Positions 49,339 to 61,324 of a stretch of DNA of 64,000 nt are shown here, in pieces. Under the pieces are notes generated by a model. It saw nothing but the letters and a program-made list of their open reading frames with translations. It searched no databases and was not told the DNA's origin. A program made the position numbers and the translations under genes. Source of the DNA: an uncultured Clostridia bacterium (GTDB lineage Bacteria > Bacillota > Clostridia > TANB77 > CAG-508). Location of the stretch: NCBI GenBank assembly GCA_944388035.1, contig CALXHF010000009.1, positions 1,147 through 65,146 of the forward strand, written 5' to 3'. Every line of letters starts with the position of its first letter. The first letter of the stretch is position 1.

Positions 49339-49378
49339 CGAAAAAACGTTTGACATTTTTTTGTTTGTATGATATTAT
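49339..49378 (+). promoter_or_regulatory. lexA promoter with candidate SOS box
   Basis: cGAAAaaacGTTTg overlaps the -35 ttgaca, with a TATTAT -10 downstream. Confidence 0.55.
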
Positions 49379-49408
49379 AAAGCTAAATTTAAATTGGGAG
49401 TGATATAA

Positions 49409-50062
49409 ATGGAAAGAAAAAAGAGACCTGAGCTAAATAAAAGAGAAAAAGACATATTAAAATTTATTGAAAAGCAAATAATGTCAGAAGGATACCCACC
49501 TTCAGTAAGAGAAATAGGAAAAGCAGTAGGTTTAAGTTCAACAGCAACAGTGCACGGATATTTAAATAAATTAGAAGAAAAAGGATATATTAATAGAAAA
49601 GATAAAAAAGGTAGAACACTAAAATTATTAAAAGGTGGTTCTGGAGAAGCAAAAGAAACTTCTAGTAAGAATTTCTACTTACAAAAAGAAATGGTAGAAG
49701 TGCCAATAGTAGGAAGAATAACAGCAGGGGAGCCAATACTTGCTGTAGAAAATGTTGTAGATACATTTCCGATTCCAATTGACTTTGTTGGAAACTCAGA
49801 AAGCTTTATGCTAACTGTACGAGGAGAAAGTATGATTGAAGCAGGTATTTTAGATGGAGACTATATATTAGTAAAAAGACAAAATATGGCAAATAATGGA
49901 GAAATTGTCGTTGCATTAATAGGAGATGAAGCAACAGTAAAAACATTTTATAAAGAAAAAGACCATATTAGATTGCAACCAGAAAATAGTACAATGGATC
50001 CAATAATAGTACCAAATTGTGAAATACTTGGAAAAGTTGCAGGGGTATTTAGAAAAATGTAA
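49409..50062 (+). CDS. lexA: SOS repressor LexA
   Basis: [26 protein letters not shown]. Confidence 0.97.
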   Translation: MERKKRPELNKREKDILKFIEKQIMSEGYPPSVREIGKAVGLSSTATVHGYLNKLEEKGYINRKDKKGRTLKLLKGGSGEAKETSSKNFYLQKEMVEVPIVGRITAGEPILAVENVVDTFPIPIDFVGNSESFMLTVRGESMIEAGILDGDYILVKRQNMANNGEIVVALIGDEATVKTFYKEKDHIRLQPENSTMDPIIVPNCEILGKVAGVFRKM

Positions 50063-50144
50063 ATTCTTTGTGAATAATATTGACGAGATGACACCATGTC
50101 ATATATAATGATATGGTGTTATTAATATATAAAAGGAGGAAAAA

Positions 50145-52418
50145 ATGCTTAAAGTATTGAGAAATTTAAAGAAATCTTTTTGGTCAGTTTTAGTAATAAT
50201 TATATTATTAGTAGTACAAGCACAAGCTGATTTAAGATTACCAGACTTTACATCTAGAATTGTAAATGTAGGTATTCAAGCAGGAGGAATAGAAAATAGT
50301 TTACCAAAAATAATTAGTAAAGAAGATATGGAAAATATTTTAATATTTTCAAATGAGGATGACAAAATTTTAGAAAATTATTCTTTAGTAGGAGATAATA
50401 TTTCAAAAGAACAACAAAAAATAATTGATGATTATTTTGTAAAAGATTTTAAAGTAGAAGATAATACTGTTTATGTATTAAATGATATTGATAATGAAAA
50501 AGAAGAAGAATTATCTAAAATTTTTTCAGACCCATTAATGGAATATAGTGTTGTAACAAATGAAGAAACAGAAAATGAAATTAAAAATGCATTTATTTCT
50601 AAAGTTCCAGAAGAACAAAAACAAATTTTAGAAAATATGAGCGTATTAGAAATATTAAAAACAATGCCTGAAGAACAAAGAAATGTTGTACTTTCTGAAT
50701 TTACTAAACAAATAGATAATATGGAAAGTTCAATAAAAGAACAAGCAGCAGTTGCAGAAGTTAAAAACTTATACTCTAATTTAGGAGTAGATACTGACAA
50801 GATTCAAAATAATTATATATTATTCCAAGGGTTGCAAATGCTTAGTGTTGCATTAATTAGTATGATATCTGCAATTTCTATTATGCTATTATCTGCAAGA
50901 GTAGCAGCAAGACTTGGTAAAACTTTAAGAGAAAAAGTATTTAAAAAAGTACTTAAATTTTCAACAGGAGAATTAAATAAATTTTCAACTGCATCACTTA
51001 TTACTCGTAGTACAAATGATATACAACAAATACAAATGTTAATTGCAATTCTATTTAGAGTAGTTGTATATGCACCAATAATTGGTATAGGTGGTTTTAT
51101 AAAAGTATTAACAACAAGTGATAATTCAATGGCTTGGATAATTGGAGTTGCAATACTTGCAGTATTGTTTATTGTAATTACATTATTTATTGTAGCAATG
51201 CCTAGATTTAGAAAATTACAAGAACTAACAGATAAACTAAATTTAGTATCAAGAGAAATATTAAGTGGACTTCAAGTAATAAGAGCATTTAATAAAGAAA
51301 AGAAAGAAGAAAAAAGATTTGACGTAGCAAATAATGATTTAATGAAGACAAATATATTCGTAAACCGTGCTATGTCAATGATGATGCCACTTTTAATGTT
51401 TGTTATGAACTCTATTATGGTACTTATAATTTGGGTTGGAGGTCATAATGTAGACCAAGGAATTATGCAAGTAGGAGATATGATGGCATTTATCCAATAT
51501 ACTATGCAAATAGTTATGGCATTTTTAATGATATCTATGATTTCAATTATGCTTCCTAGAGCATCAGTATCAGCGAAACGTATAAATGAAGTGTTAGAGA
51601 CAGAAAGCAGTATAAAAGATAAACCTGAAAATGAATTAAAGAAATTTGATGAAAATAAAAAAGGGTTAGTAGAATTTAAAGATGTTTCATTTAGATATCC
51701 AGATGCAGACACAGAAATATTAGAAGATATTACATTTACGGCAGAACCAGGAAAAACAACAGCAATAATAGGAAGTACAGGAAGTGGAAAATCAACTATA
51801 GTAAATCTAATTCCAAGATTTTATGATGTAACAGGTGGAGAACTTTTAATAGATGGTGTAAATGTAAAAGATGTATCACAAAAAGATTTAAGAGATATAA
51901 TAGGTTTTGTACCACAAAAAGGCTTGTTGTTTTCAGGAACAATTGAATCAAATATAAAATATTCAGATGATAGTATGTCTGATGAAAAAATGTATGAAGC
52001 AGCAAGAATAGCACAGGCAACAGAGTTTATTGAAACAAAAGAGAAAAAATACCAAGACCCAATAGCACAAGGCGGAGGAAATGTATCAGGTGGACAAAAA
52101 CAGCGTCTATCAATTGCAAGAGCAATTGCAAAAGATCCAGAAATATTTGTATTTGATGATAGTTTTTCAGCATTAGATTTAAAAACAGATGCAGCTCTAA
52201 GAGAAGCTCTAAAAGAAAAGACACAAGATAAAACAGTTATAATAGTGGCACAAAGAATTAGTACAATTTTAAATGCAGACCAAATAATTGTATTAGAAGA
52301 AGGAAAAGTAGTAGGAATAGGAACACACGAAGAACTAATTAAAAATAATGAGACATATAGACAAATAGCTTTATCACAATTGTCAGAGGAAGAGTTGAAC
52401 AAGAAAGGAGGTAATTAG
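50145..52418 (+). CDS. ABC exporter, fused TMD-NBD (heterodimer subunit A)
   Basis: SLITRSTND, GSTGSGKS, VSGGQKQR, degenerate FDDSFS and AQR. Confidence 0.93.
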   Translation: MLKVLRNLKKSFWSVLVIIILLVVQAQADLRLPDFTSRIVNVGIQAGGIENSLPKIISKEDMENILIFSNEDDKILENYSLVGDNISKEQQKIIDDYFVKDFKVEDNTVYVLNDIDNEKEEELSKIFSDPLMEYSVVTNEETENEIKNAFISKVPEEQKQILENMSVLEILKTMPEEQRNVVLSEFTKQIDNMESSIKEQAAVAEVKNLYSNLGVDTDKIQNNYILFQGLQMLSVALISMISAISIMLLSARVAARLGKTLREKVFKKVLKFSTGELNKFSTASLITRSTNDIQQIQMLIAILFRVVVYAPIIGIGGFIKVLTTSDNSMAWIIGVAILAVLFIVITLFIVAMPRFRKLQELTDKLNLVSREILSGLQVIRAFNKEKKEEKRFDVANNDLMKTNIFVNRAMSMMMPLLMFVMNSIMVLIIWVGGHNVDQGIMQVGDMMAFIQYTMQIVMAFLMISMISIMLPRASVSAKRINEVLETESSIKDKPENELKKFDENKKGLVEFKDVSFRYPDADTEILEDITFTAEPGKTTAIIGSTGSGKSTIVNLIPRFYDVTGGELLIDGVNVKDVSQKDLRDIIGFVPQKGLLFSGTIESNIKYSDDSMSDEKMYEAARIAQATEFIETKEKKYQDPIAQGGGNVSGGQKQRLSIARAIAKDPEIFVFDDSFSALDLKTDAALREALKEKTQDKTVIIVAQRISTILNADQIIVLEEGKVVGIGTHEELIKNNETYRQIALSQLSEEELNKKGGN

Positions 52419-52419
52419 T

Positions 52420-54244
52420 ATGCCAGGACCAATGGGTGGACCAAGAAGAGGTCAAAGTGTAGAAAAAGCAAAAGATTTTAAGAAAACAACTGCAAAATTA
52501 ATTAGAACTTATTTATCTAAATATAAAATAGCATTGATTGTAGTTATGATTTTTGCAATAGGAAGTACAATTTTTACAATAGTAGGACCAAAGATACTTG
52601 GAAATGCAACTACAGAAATATTTAATGGAATAGTTAGTAAAATATCTGGTGGTTCTGGAGTAGATTTTGGAAAAGTTGGAACTATTTTACTTACATTACT
52701 TGGGCTTTATTTATTAAGTGCAATATTCTCATTTGTACAAGGTTTTACAATGACAGGTGTATCACAAAAACTAACATATAAATTAAGAAATGATATTGCT
52801 GTTAAAATAAATAAACTTCCAATGAAATATTTTGATACAAAAACACATGGAGAAGTATTATCAATTATAACAAATGATATTGATACATTAAGTATGAACT
52901 TAAACCAAAGTGTTACACAAATAATTACTTCTATTTGTACTATTATTGGAATATTAATTATGATGTTATCAATAAGCTGGCAAATGACGTTAATTTCTTT
53001 AATAATACTTCCAATTGCAGGAATATTAGTTAAATTTATTGTAAGTAAATCACAAAAATACTTTAGAGCACAACAAGATTATTTAGGACACGTAAATGGT
53101 CAAGTAGAAGAAGTGTATGGTGGCTTAAATATTGTAAAAGTATTTAATGCTGAAGATAAAGTAAATAAAGAATTTGAAAAAGCAAATGATACTTTATATC
53201 ATTCTGGTTGGAAATCTCAGTTCTTATCTGGTTTAATACATCCAGTTATGAACTTTATAGGAAATATTGGTTATGTTGGTGTTGCGGTTGCAGGTGGATA
53301 TTTAGCAATTAATGGAACAATTACAGTTGGTAATATCCAAAGTTTTATACAATATAATAGGCAATTTGTACAACCAATAAATCAAATAGCACAAATTTCT
53401 AGTATGCTTCAATCAATGGCAGCAGCAGCAGAAAGAATATTTGAATTTTTAGAACAAGAAGAAGAATTAGATACTGCAAAAGGTAATATTGATACTTCTA
53501 AAATAGAAGGTAATATTGAATTTAATGATGTTAAATTTGGCTATGATGAAAATAAAACAATAATTAATGATTTTAATTGTAAAGTTAAAAGTGGACAAAA
53601 GATTGCGATTGTAGGACCAACAGGAGCAGGAAAAACAACAATGGTTAAGCTTCTTATGAGATTTTATGATGTAAATAGTGGAGAGATTTTAGTTGATGGT
53701 CATAATATAAAAGATTTCGAAAGAGGAACTCTAAGAAAAATGTTTGGTATGGTTCTTCAAGATACTTGGCTTTTTGGTGGTACTGTGAAAGATAATATTA
53801 AATATGGAAAAGAAGATGCAACAGACGATGAAGTAATAAGAGCAGCAAAAGCAGCACACGTACATCATTTTATAAAAACTCTTCCAAATGGATATAATTC
53901 ACTTTTAAATGAAGAGTCAAGTAATGTTTCAGCAGGACAAAAACAATTACTTACAATTGCAAGAGTAATTTTAACAGACCCTAAGATATTAATATTAGAT
54001 GAAGCAACATCTTCTATTGATACAAGAACTGAAATACAAATACAAGATGCAATGGATAATTTAATGAAAGGTAGAACAAGTTTTATTATCGCACATAGAT
54101 TATCAACTATAAAAAATGCGGATTTGATTTTAGTTATGAATCACCGGAGATATTGTAGAGCAAGGAACACACGAAGAATTATTACAAAAAGGTGGATTTT
54201 ACAGTGATTTATATAATTCACAATTCGAGGTTGAGGAAGAATAG
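52420..54244 (+). CDS. ABC exporter, fused TMD-NBD (subunit B), requiring a +1 shift at CGG 54145-54147
   Basis: GPTGAGKT, SAGQKQL, LDEATS and AHRLSTI. The +1 frame gives the canonical end VMNH[G]DIVEQGTHEELLQKGGFYSDLYNSQF to TAG 54244. Confidence 0.92.
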
Positions 54245-54414
54245 AAATGTATTAAGAATAAAGTGTATGAAAATCATATGCTTTATTTTTTTGACACCAA
54301 TGTATTATTACAAAAATATTAAAACTATATTACATTTTGGTTTCAATAGCCTTTTTAAGGTTTTTTTCATTGACAAAAAAATTCTAAAAATGTAGAATTG
54401 AAATAGGTGATATT

Positions 54415-55644
54415 ATGATAGCAAAAGAAAAAAACAAGAGTAGAAATAAATTGTCTCTTAAAAAGATAATAATATTTTTTAGCGGGATAATCATTTTGCT
54501 TTATTTAATAATTTTGTATAATTACATTTTTAATAAAAACGAAGTATTTGCTAAAGAAACAGGAGTAGAAGTTAGCTCAAATGTTAAAATTAGTAATGCA
54601 AATGAAATTAATTTAGAGGAAGTAATTAATGAAAACAATAAAGAGGAAAGCTTTAAGGAAGAGTTTATAACGGAAGAAATTGACTTAGAATACATAACGA
54701 AATATCAATCTAATCCTGAATTACCAAAAGGTGTAATCCAAGTTGTACAAGAAGGAAGAGAAGGTAAACAAGAAGTTACAATTAAAAGAACTTACGAAAA
54801 TGGACAGGTCTTAAAAGAAGAACAAGTAAATAGTAAAATTATCAAATCAGCTGTAAATAAAATTGTAGAAGTAGGCTCAGGAACGGGTAGTGCATATAAA
54901 GTAAAAGTAGGAGATAAAGTTTATATTACATCTGATAGAGCAGAAATTAAGTTAGAGCCAAATATAGAATCCAAGAAAACAGCAACTTTAGGTAAAGATA
55001 CAGAACTTACCGTTCTAGAAATAAATGGTGATTGGTATAAAATTGAGGCTTTAGATACTATTGGATATATAAAAAAAGAAAATGTAACATATAGAAACGA
55101 AGAAAAAGATGACATAACACAGAATAATAATTCAAATGGTACAAATATAAAAAAATTAAGTTTTGATATGGAACTTAATAAACCAAGTGGCCTAAGCTTA
55201 GAACAATTTAAAAAAGTGTTAACAGATAGCAAGGATGTAAATAAAGTTATGGAAAATAATGCAGAGTATTTTTACTATATAGAAGAACAATATAATATAA
55301 ACGGTTTATTTGTTGCAGCAGTAGCTATTCACGAAAGTGGATGGGGTACTTCTAAAATTTCTAAAAATAAATATAATTTGTTTGGATATGGTGCATATGA
55401 CTCGAATCCATATAATGGTGCATATGAATTTTCTGATTATTCAGAAAGTATTGACTTGATTGCAAGAGTTTTTGTTAAATATTATTTAAACCCTAAAGGA
55501 ACAGCGATATATGGAGGAGAAGTAGCTTCTGGTAAATATTATAATGGATCAACTTTAACAGGTGTAAATACAAAATACGCTACTGATAAAAACTGGGCAA
55601 ATGCTGTTTATAAACATATGGAATATTTATACAATAAATTATAA
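54415..55644 (+). CDS. Cell-wall hydrolase: G5 + SH3 + glucosaminidase (GH73-like)
   Basis: QEGREGKQEV G5 pattern, WYKI SH3, AIHESGWG, NLFGYGA, YATD. Confidence 0.85.
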   Translation: MIAKEKNKSRNKLSLKKIIIFFSGIIILLYLIILYNYIFNKNEVFAKETGVEVSSNVKISNANEINLEEVINENNKEESFKEEFITEEIDLEYITKYQSNPELPKGVIQVVQEGREGKQEVTIKRTYENGQVLKEEQVNSKIIKSAVNKIVEVGSGTGSAYKVKVGDKVYITSDRAEIKLEPNIESKKTATLGKDTELTVLEINGDWYKIEALDTIGYIKKENVTYRNEEKDDITQNNNSNGTNIKKLSFDMELNKPSGLSLEQFKKVLTDSKDVNKVMENNAEYFYYIEEQYNINGLFVAAVAIHESGWGTSKISKNKYNLFGYGAYDSNPYNGAYEFSDYSESIDLIARVFVKYYLNPKGTAIYGGEVASGKYYNGSTLTGVNTKYATDKNWANAVYKHMEYLYNKL

Positions 55645-55743
55645 AAAATTCCTTGATATTTTTCTTAATTTATTGTATGATATAAAAGTATAAGGCTTTA
55701 AGCAAAAAAATAATATAAAGACTTTAGAAAGGAGTCTAAAATA

Positions 55744-56151
55744 ATGAAAAAAATCTTAGCAATAATTACAATATTTGTTGTCATAATTGGAATTTTTTTA
55801 GTCGCAACAAATGTCTATGCAGCAGAACAAGCAATAGATGAAGAAACAGAAAGTAAAATAATAGAAATAAAAGATACTGCTACAAAGTCATTAGAAGATT
55901 ACAAAGAAAAATATGGTTCAGATGTTTATGGATTAGTTGCATATATATTAAACTTAGTAAGAATTTATAGTATTCCATTATGCTTTTTAGGTATTGCAAT
56001 AGGAGCGATTCATCAATATGTAATTGGTATAAGAAAGTTAGATACTTTAGAAAAAGGTATGGCATTAATAGTTACATTTGTAACAATATTAATTATTTGC
56101 CAGATTTTACCACTAGCATTTGCTGTGTTTGTAAAATTTGGAAGGGGGTAA
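55744..56151 (+). CDS. Small membrane protein (possibly pilin-like)
   Basis: Signal-like N-terminus plus two C-terminal hydrophobic helices. Confidence 0.65.
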   Translation: MKKILAIITIFVVIIGIFLVATNVYAAEQAIDEETESKIIEIKDTATKSLEDYKEKYGSDVYGLVAYILNLVRIYSIPLCFLGIAIGAIHQYVIGIRKLDTLEKGMALIVTFVTILIICQILPLAFAVFVKFGRG

Positions 56152-56154
56152 CAA

Positions 56155-58440
56155 ATGAAAGTCTTATTTGCTGTAAGTAATGAAGAAATCTCAGAGTCAA
56201 TTGTAAAGAGATATCAAAAAGAATATAAACAAATAATTTCGTATAAAAATGTTTATTACTTTAATGCAATTTTGAAGGAAATACAAAAAGATAAATCTTA
56301 TGATAGAATTGTCATAAGTGAAGAATTGGAAGCGTTTACTAATACACAATATGACCAAATAGATAAATTTATATTCGAGAAATTAGATGGAATTAGTGAT
56401 GAAGCTTCAAACTCAAAAGGAAGTGATATTCCTATAATCTTAATTTGTGCTGATAGAAGAACTAAGGGAGAAGAAATGCTTGTAAAATTATTTGGGATAG
56501 GAATTTACAATGCAGTTTTTGGAACAGATAGAAGCGTAGAAAATGTGTGCAAATTAATAAATAGACCTCGCTCTAAGAAAGAAGCGAAAATTTATTATCA
56601 AATAGATTCTGAAGATGTAAATTATCAAAGTGAAAACGAAAATGATGTTAGTGAAATAGAAATCCAAAATATTTTAGCACATTACAGAAGATTAGGAAAA
56701 AATGAAGATAAATATTTAGAGAGTTTTGATAATATAGCCGCACAATATAATGATACACAACTTAGAATAATAAGCAAATTTTTACCTCTAAATGTAAGAG
56801 CGGTTCTTGAATCAAGATCACCAAAATACCAACAAATAATGTCATTTAATAATAGTATATCTGATACTTTAAGAAGAAACAAAGAAGAAGAGGAAGAAAA
56901 AGGACCGAGTGAGACATTATTAAATATAAAACCAAAAGAGCAGGTTATGTCTAGACCAGTTGTTATACCATCTTCAGTAAATGTTAGTGAAGGTAAAAAA
57001 TTATCTAGACCAAAGGTACAAAGGCAAGAACAATTTATACCTGAAGTTAAAGAAGATAATAGTTATTTACAACAAGATGATTTTGAAGAAGTAGAAAGAC
57101 AAGTAGAAGAACCACCTAAAAAAAGAAGAGGTAGACCTAGAAAAAATCCATTACCAGAAGATATTCCTGCTGTAAGTAACAATGCAGAACAACTCCAAAC
57201 AACCAAAAGAAGAGGTAGACCTAAAAAGAATTCTACTTTAACATCTAACTTAAAGCAAGAAAATGACGAAATATCAGTATTGCCAGGTTTAAATCAATTA
57301 GATAAAGAAAATAGCATTGAAGAACCTGAAGAAAATATTTTACCAGGAATTTCAGAGCAAAATAATTTTGAAGAAAATAATTATTATAATGAAAATGAAG
57401 TGATTAAACAAGAGGCTAATATAAATACTAACGAAACATTCGATTTTTCAAATAATATTAGCGATAACAGTATAAATAGATATAGTTCAAACAATTATGC
57501 TACTAATAATATAAATATAGATACTACTTCAATAAATAAAAATCTTCAAACAGAAACAATAGATTTAACAGACCTTTTACTTCCAGATAAAAAGATAGCA
57601 ACATTTATAGGAACTAGCAAAAATGGTACATCTTTTATAGTAAATAACTTAGCAGAATTATTATCTGAAGCTGGAGTAAATGTAGCGATTTTAGATACAA
57701 CAAAAAATAGAAATTCATACTATATTTATACTAAAAATGAAGAATCTATAAGAGAAACGGCAAATACATCGATTAACGGTTTAGTAAAAGGAGTAGCAAA
57801 TGGAATATCTGTAAACAGAAATTTAACAGTTTATACATCATTACCAGACGAAAACGAAGATATCATTCATACTGATAAAATTTTAGAAACATTATTAAAA
57901 AATCATTCATTGATTTTGATAGATACTGATTTTGATACACCTTTTAGATATTTTGAACAGTCACAAGAGATATATTTAGTACAAACCTTAGATGTTCTTA
58001 CTATACAGCCATTAACAGCTTTCTTAAGAGAACTAAAAGCAAAAAATATATTAGATGAGAAAAAAATAAGAATTGTATTAAATAAATTTGTAAGGTTAAG
58101 AGGTGTAACAGAAAAGACTATAATTGGTGGAATGGCATATTATAATGATCCTTCAATGTCTTTTATGACAGAGTTGTTTGATAGAAATTCAGTTAAATAT
58201 GTTTCAATACCTTTTGAGTTAGAAACATATACAAGATATTTAGAAGGTATAATAGAGTGTGATGTCTCATTAAAAGGATATTCAAAAATATTCTTGAAAT
58301 CTTTGAAAGAATTAGGAGATATGTTATATTCAAAAGGAGGAACATATGTACCACCAACGGCAAGTGGATATGGTACACAAAATAATTTTTCACCAAGTAT
58401 GAATGCAACTTTAAATCAGATGAGAAGAAATAACTTTTAA
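56155..58440 (+). CDS. Receiver-like N-domain + AT-hook linker + degenerate MinD/ParA-type ATPase (CpaE/TadZ-like architecture)
   Basis: MKVLFAVS N-terminus, KKRRGRPRK and KRRGRPKK, FIGTSKNGTSFIVNNLA, VAILD and LIDTD. Confidence 0.55.
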   Translation: MKVLFAVSNEEISESIVKRYQKEYKQIISYKNVYYFNAILKEIQKDKSYDRIVISEELEAFTNTQYDQIDKFIFEKLDGISDEASNSKGSDIPIILICADRRTKGEEMLVKLFGIGIYNAVFGTDRSVENVCKLINRPRSKKEAKIYYQIDSEDVNYQSENENDVSEIEIQNILAHYRRLGKNEDKYLESFDNIAAQYNDTQLRIISKFLPLNVRAVLESRSPKYQQIMSFNNSISDTLRRNKEEEEEKGPSETLLNIKPKEQVMSRPVVIPSSVNVSEGKKLSRPKVQRQEQFIPEVKEDNSYLQQDDFEEVERQVEEPPKKRRGRPRKNPLPEDIPAVSNNAEQLQTTKRRGRPKKNSTLTSNLKQENDEISVLPGLNQLDKENSIEEPEENILPGISEQNNFEENNYYNENEVIKQEANINTNETFDFSNNISDNSINRYSSNNYATNNINIDTTSINKNLQTETIDLTDLLLPDKKIATFIGTSKNGTSFIVNNLAELLSEAGVNVAILDTTKNRNSYYIYTKNEESIRETANTSINGLVKGVANGISVNRNLTVYTSLPDENEDIIHTDKILETLLKNHSLILIDTDFDTPFRYFEQSQEIYLVQTLDVLTIQPLTAFLRELKAKNILDEKKIRIVLNKFVRLRGVTEKTIIGGMAYYNDPSMSFMTELFDRNSVKYVSIPFELETYTRYLEGIIECDVSLKGYSKIFLKSLKELGDMLYSKGGTYVPPTASGYGTQNNFSPSMNATLNQMRRNNF

Positions 58441-58457
58441 AAGGGAGGAAAAATATA

Positions 58458-59597
58458 GTGGTATTATTAGTAATAGTTCTTATACTAGCAGTAATAGCAA
58501 TATGCTTATTAGTATATAATTTAAAGCTACATAAACAATTACAAAAGTATAATAATATGCAGCAAAAAATCACAAACTTATATGTTGTTCAAGATTTCAT
58601 AAATGCTATTGGTGAAACCTCAACAGTAGAAGAAAAAATAAAAAAAATAAATGATGTTTTAATAGAAAGATATGAAATAAAATATTCAACAATTGTAGTG
58701 TTTGATGGTGCAGAATATCAAATAAAAGCATCAAATGTAGATCCAAAGCATTGGGATTCTTTGAAAAGATTACACGAAGTAGATATGTTTAAAGATAGTA
58801 TAGAAACAGCAACACCTAAGTATGTAACAGTAAATAGCGAAAATGAAAGACTTCCATATCAACAACTGGAATTTGGAAGAGCTAAATCAGCTATATTTTT
58901 CCCATTATATATTGACAATGTATATGTTGGATACTGGATAATAGAAAGTGGAACTCCACATGACTTTGATAATGTTGATACAACTGTATTAGAAGTAATC
59001 AAAGAAAATATTGTATCAGTATTAAAAACTGTTGTACACCAACAAACACTTGAATCTATAGTTAGAAAAGATTTATTTACTGGTCTATATTCAGAAGAAT
59101 ATTTATATGGAGAGGGCAAAAAAATTATAGATCAATATACAGTTTCTACTATATGTATGTTTAAAATAATAAATATACAACAAATAAATAGAGATTATTC
59201 TCGTGACTTGGGAAATAAAGTAATAACTCAAATTAGTAATTATATTAAAGAAAATATATCACAAGAATATATTTTTGTTAGATATATGGGACCAAAATTT
59301 GTAATTGCTTTTTCAGGAGTAGAAACAAATGCGGTAGCAGATTTTCTAAATGAGATGAAAGAAAAAGTTGAAAGTATGCAAATAAAATTGACTGAAGAAG
59401 AAATTCAAAATTTGAATTTAGAAGTAAATTCAAGAAAAAAACTAGGAAAAGAGTTAGCTAAAGATATAGCTGTACCAAGATTAAATATTGTAATATCTTC
59501 TTATTACAAAGGTACAGGGCTAGAAGAAGTGCTAAAAAAACTAGAAGAATATTTAGATAAAGCAAATATAAATGAAAGTGATATAACCAATATATAA
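58458..59597 (+). CDS. Membrane-anchored GAF + degenerate GGDEF protein
   Basis: N-terminal TM helix, a GAF-like region, DLFTGLYS, and RYMGPKF in place of RxGGDEF. Confidence 0.7.
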   Translation: MVLLVIVLILAVIAICLLVYNLKLHKQLQKYNNMQQKITNLYVVQDFINAIGETSTVEEKIKKINDVLIERYEIKYSTIVVFDGAEYQIKASNVDPKHWDSLKRLHEVDMFKDSIETATPKYVTVNSENERLPYQQLEFGRAKSAIFFPLYIDNVYVGYWIIESGTPHDFDNVDTTVLEVIKENIVSVLKTVVHQQTLESIVRKDLFTGLYSEEYLYGEGKKIIDQYTVSTICMFKIINIQQINRDYSRDLGNKVITQISNYIKENISQEYIFVRYMGPKFVIAFSGVETNAVADFLNEMKEKVESMQIKLTEEEIQNLNLEVNSRKKLGKELAKDIAVPRLNIVISSYYKGTGLEEVLKKLEEYLDKANINESDITNI

Positions 59598-59611
59598 AAG
59601 GAGGAGTTATA

Positions 59612-59866
59612 ATGGAATTTGATAAAACAATGAGCTTTGAAGTGGAAAGAGAAGAAAATAATAAATGCCAAGAAATATTAAAAGAAGTTTATGAAGCATT
59701 AGTAGAAAAAGGGTATAACCCAATAAATCAAATAGTTGGATATATTTTATCAGGTGACCCAACATATATAACAAGTCATAATGATGCAAGAAATAAAATT
59801 AGAACAGTTGAAAGAGATGAATTATTAGAAAAAATGGTAAAAAAATATATAGGGTTAGATAATTAG
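59612..59866 (+). CDS. ireB: IreB / UPF0297 family protein
   Basis: [29 protein letters not shown]. Confidence 0.95.
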   Translation: MEFDKTMSFEVEREENNKCQEILKEVYEALVEKGYNPINQIVGYILSGDPTYITSHNDARNKIRTVERDELLEKMVKKYIGLDN

Positions 59867-59867
59867 T

Positions 59868-60293
59868 ATGAGAAAATTAGGAATAGATTATGGAGATGCA
59901 AGAGTAGGTCTAGCAATTACAGATGAGTTAAATATAACAGTTCAGGGGCTAGAAACAATTTTAAGAAATGGTTCTGATAAAGTTATATTAAAAAAATTAG
60001 ATGAAATATTTGAAAAATATGAAGTTGATACGATAGTTGTTGGTATGCCTTTTAATATGGATGGAAGTATATCAGAAAGAGCTAAGATAACAGAAGAGTT
60101 TGTTCATAAATTAAAATGTAAATATAATAAGATGAAAATAGAAACAATAGATGAAAGGTTAACGACTGTTGAAGCTCATAGAACGATGAACTTTTTAGAT
60201 GTAAAAAAGAATAAAAAGAAAAATATAGTGGATACTATATCTGCAGTATATATTTTAGAAACATATTTAAATAAATCAAAAAATACTGTTTAA
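59868..60293 (+). CDS. ruvX: YqgF/RuvX family nuclease
   Basis: LGIDYGDARVG, VVGMP, DERLTT, DTISAVYIL. Confidence 0.93.
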   Translation: MRKLGIDYGDARVGLAITDELNITVQGLETILRNGSDKVILKKLDEIFEKYEVDTIVVGMPFNMDGSISERAKITEEFVHKLKCKYNKMKIETIDERLTTVEAHRTMNFLDVKKNKKKNIVDTISAVYILETYLNKSKNTV

Positions 60294-60356
60294 AAAATTA
60301 ATTATTATGTTATTATAATTAAAAAAATAAATATAAAAAAATGAAAGGAGAAAAAA

Positions 60357-60656
60357 ATGGAAGAAAACGAAGAATTAGACAATATAATTGTTTTAAATGA
60401 TGAAAATGGAAATGAGGTTAAATTTGAATTTTTAGATTTAGTAGAATTAGACGATGAAGAATATGTAGTATTATTACCAGTATCAGAAGATGGAGAAGAA
60501 GAAGAAGGAGAAGTTGTTATCTTAAAAGTTGAAGATAATGATGATGAAAATTCAGATGAAGAATCATACGTTAGTGTTGAAGATGAAGATATTTTAAATA
60601 GAGTATTTGAAATATTTAAAGAAAAATTTAAAGATGACTTTGATTTTGTAGACTAA
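60357..60656 (+). CDS. DUF1292 (YrzB-like) acidic protein
   Basis: IVLNDENGNEVKFEFLD...EYVVLLP, in the conserved ireB-ruvX-DUF1292 order. Confidence 0.88.
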   Translation: MEENEELDNIIVLNDENGNEVKFEFLDLVELDDEEYVVLLPVSEDGEEEEGEVVILKVEDNDDENSDEESYVSVEDEDILNRVFEIFKEKFKDDFDFVD

Positions 60657-60718
60657 TAAAATTAAAATTAAAGGGTGAAGGAAATAAAAAAATTTACCTT
60701 CACCTTATTTTAAAAGGA

Positions 60719-61210
60719 GTGAAACAAATGAAAAATTTTTCAACTTGGATGCTTGTAATGTTCATGGTCTTATTTTGGATATTTAGAGTTATAGTTGCGT
60801 TAGCAGGACAAATGCATTGGGATATAGGTGGAATAGAGCCACTTAATCAACAAATGGAAATAATCTTATTATTTGTTGTTTTAGTATGTATAATTTTAGT
60901 TGTCAAAAGAAAATTAATAGGAGCATTAATATATTTGTTAGCCTATGGATTGTATTTTGGAGTAGATATAGTAAATAATATACAAGTAGTATTAAGTGCA
61001 TTAGAAACAGTTGACATCAGCTTATATATGAATATTTTTATATCTATAATTGGAGTTGTTTTACCGTTAGGAGTATTATTTGATATGCTTATGGATAAAA
61101 GTAGAAAATTACATCCAAAAGACAAGAAAACAGATTGGTTTTATACAAATGAAAAATTTGATAGACAATTAGACGAAAGAGCCGATAAAAACAATTATAG
61201 AACATTATGA
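60719..61210 (+). CDS. Four-TM hypothetical membrane protein
   Basis: 163-aa hydrophobic ORF. Confidence 0.7.
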   Translation: MKQMKNFSTWMLVMFMVLFWIFRVIVALAGQMHWDIGGIEPLNQQMEIILLFVVLVCIILVVKRKLIGALIYLLAYGLYFGVDIVNNIQVVLSALETVDISLYMNIFISIIGVVLPLGVLFDMLMDKSRKLHPKDKKTDWFYTNEKFDRQLDERADKNNYRTL

Positions 61211-61324
61211 TTAAGAGGAGTTTCTCTCCTCTTAATTAATTTGGAATGGTTTAGTCACAATTTATTGGTTTTAGAAAAGGAGTAATTAATAGAGGAAATG
61301 AATACGAATTATCAAGAATAGAAG

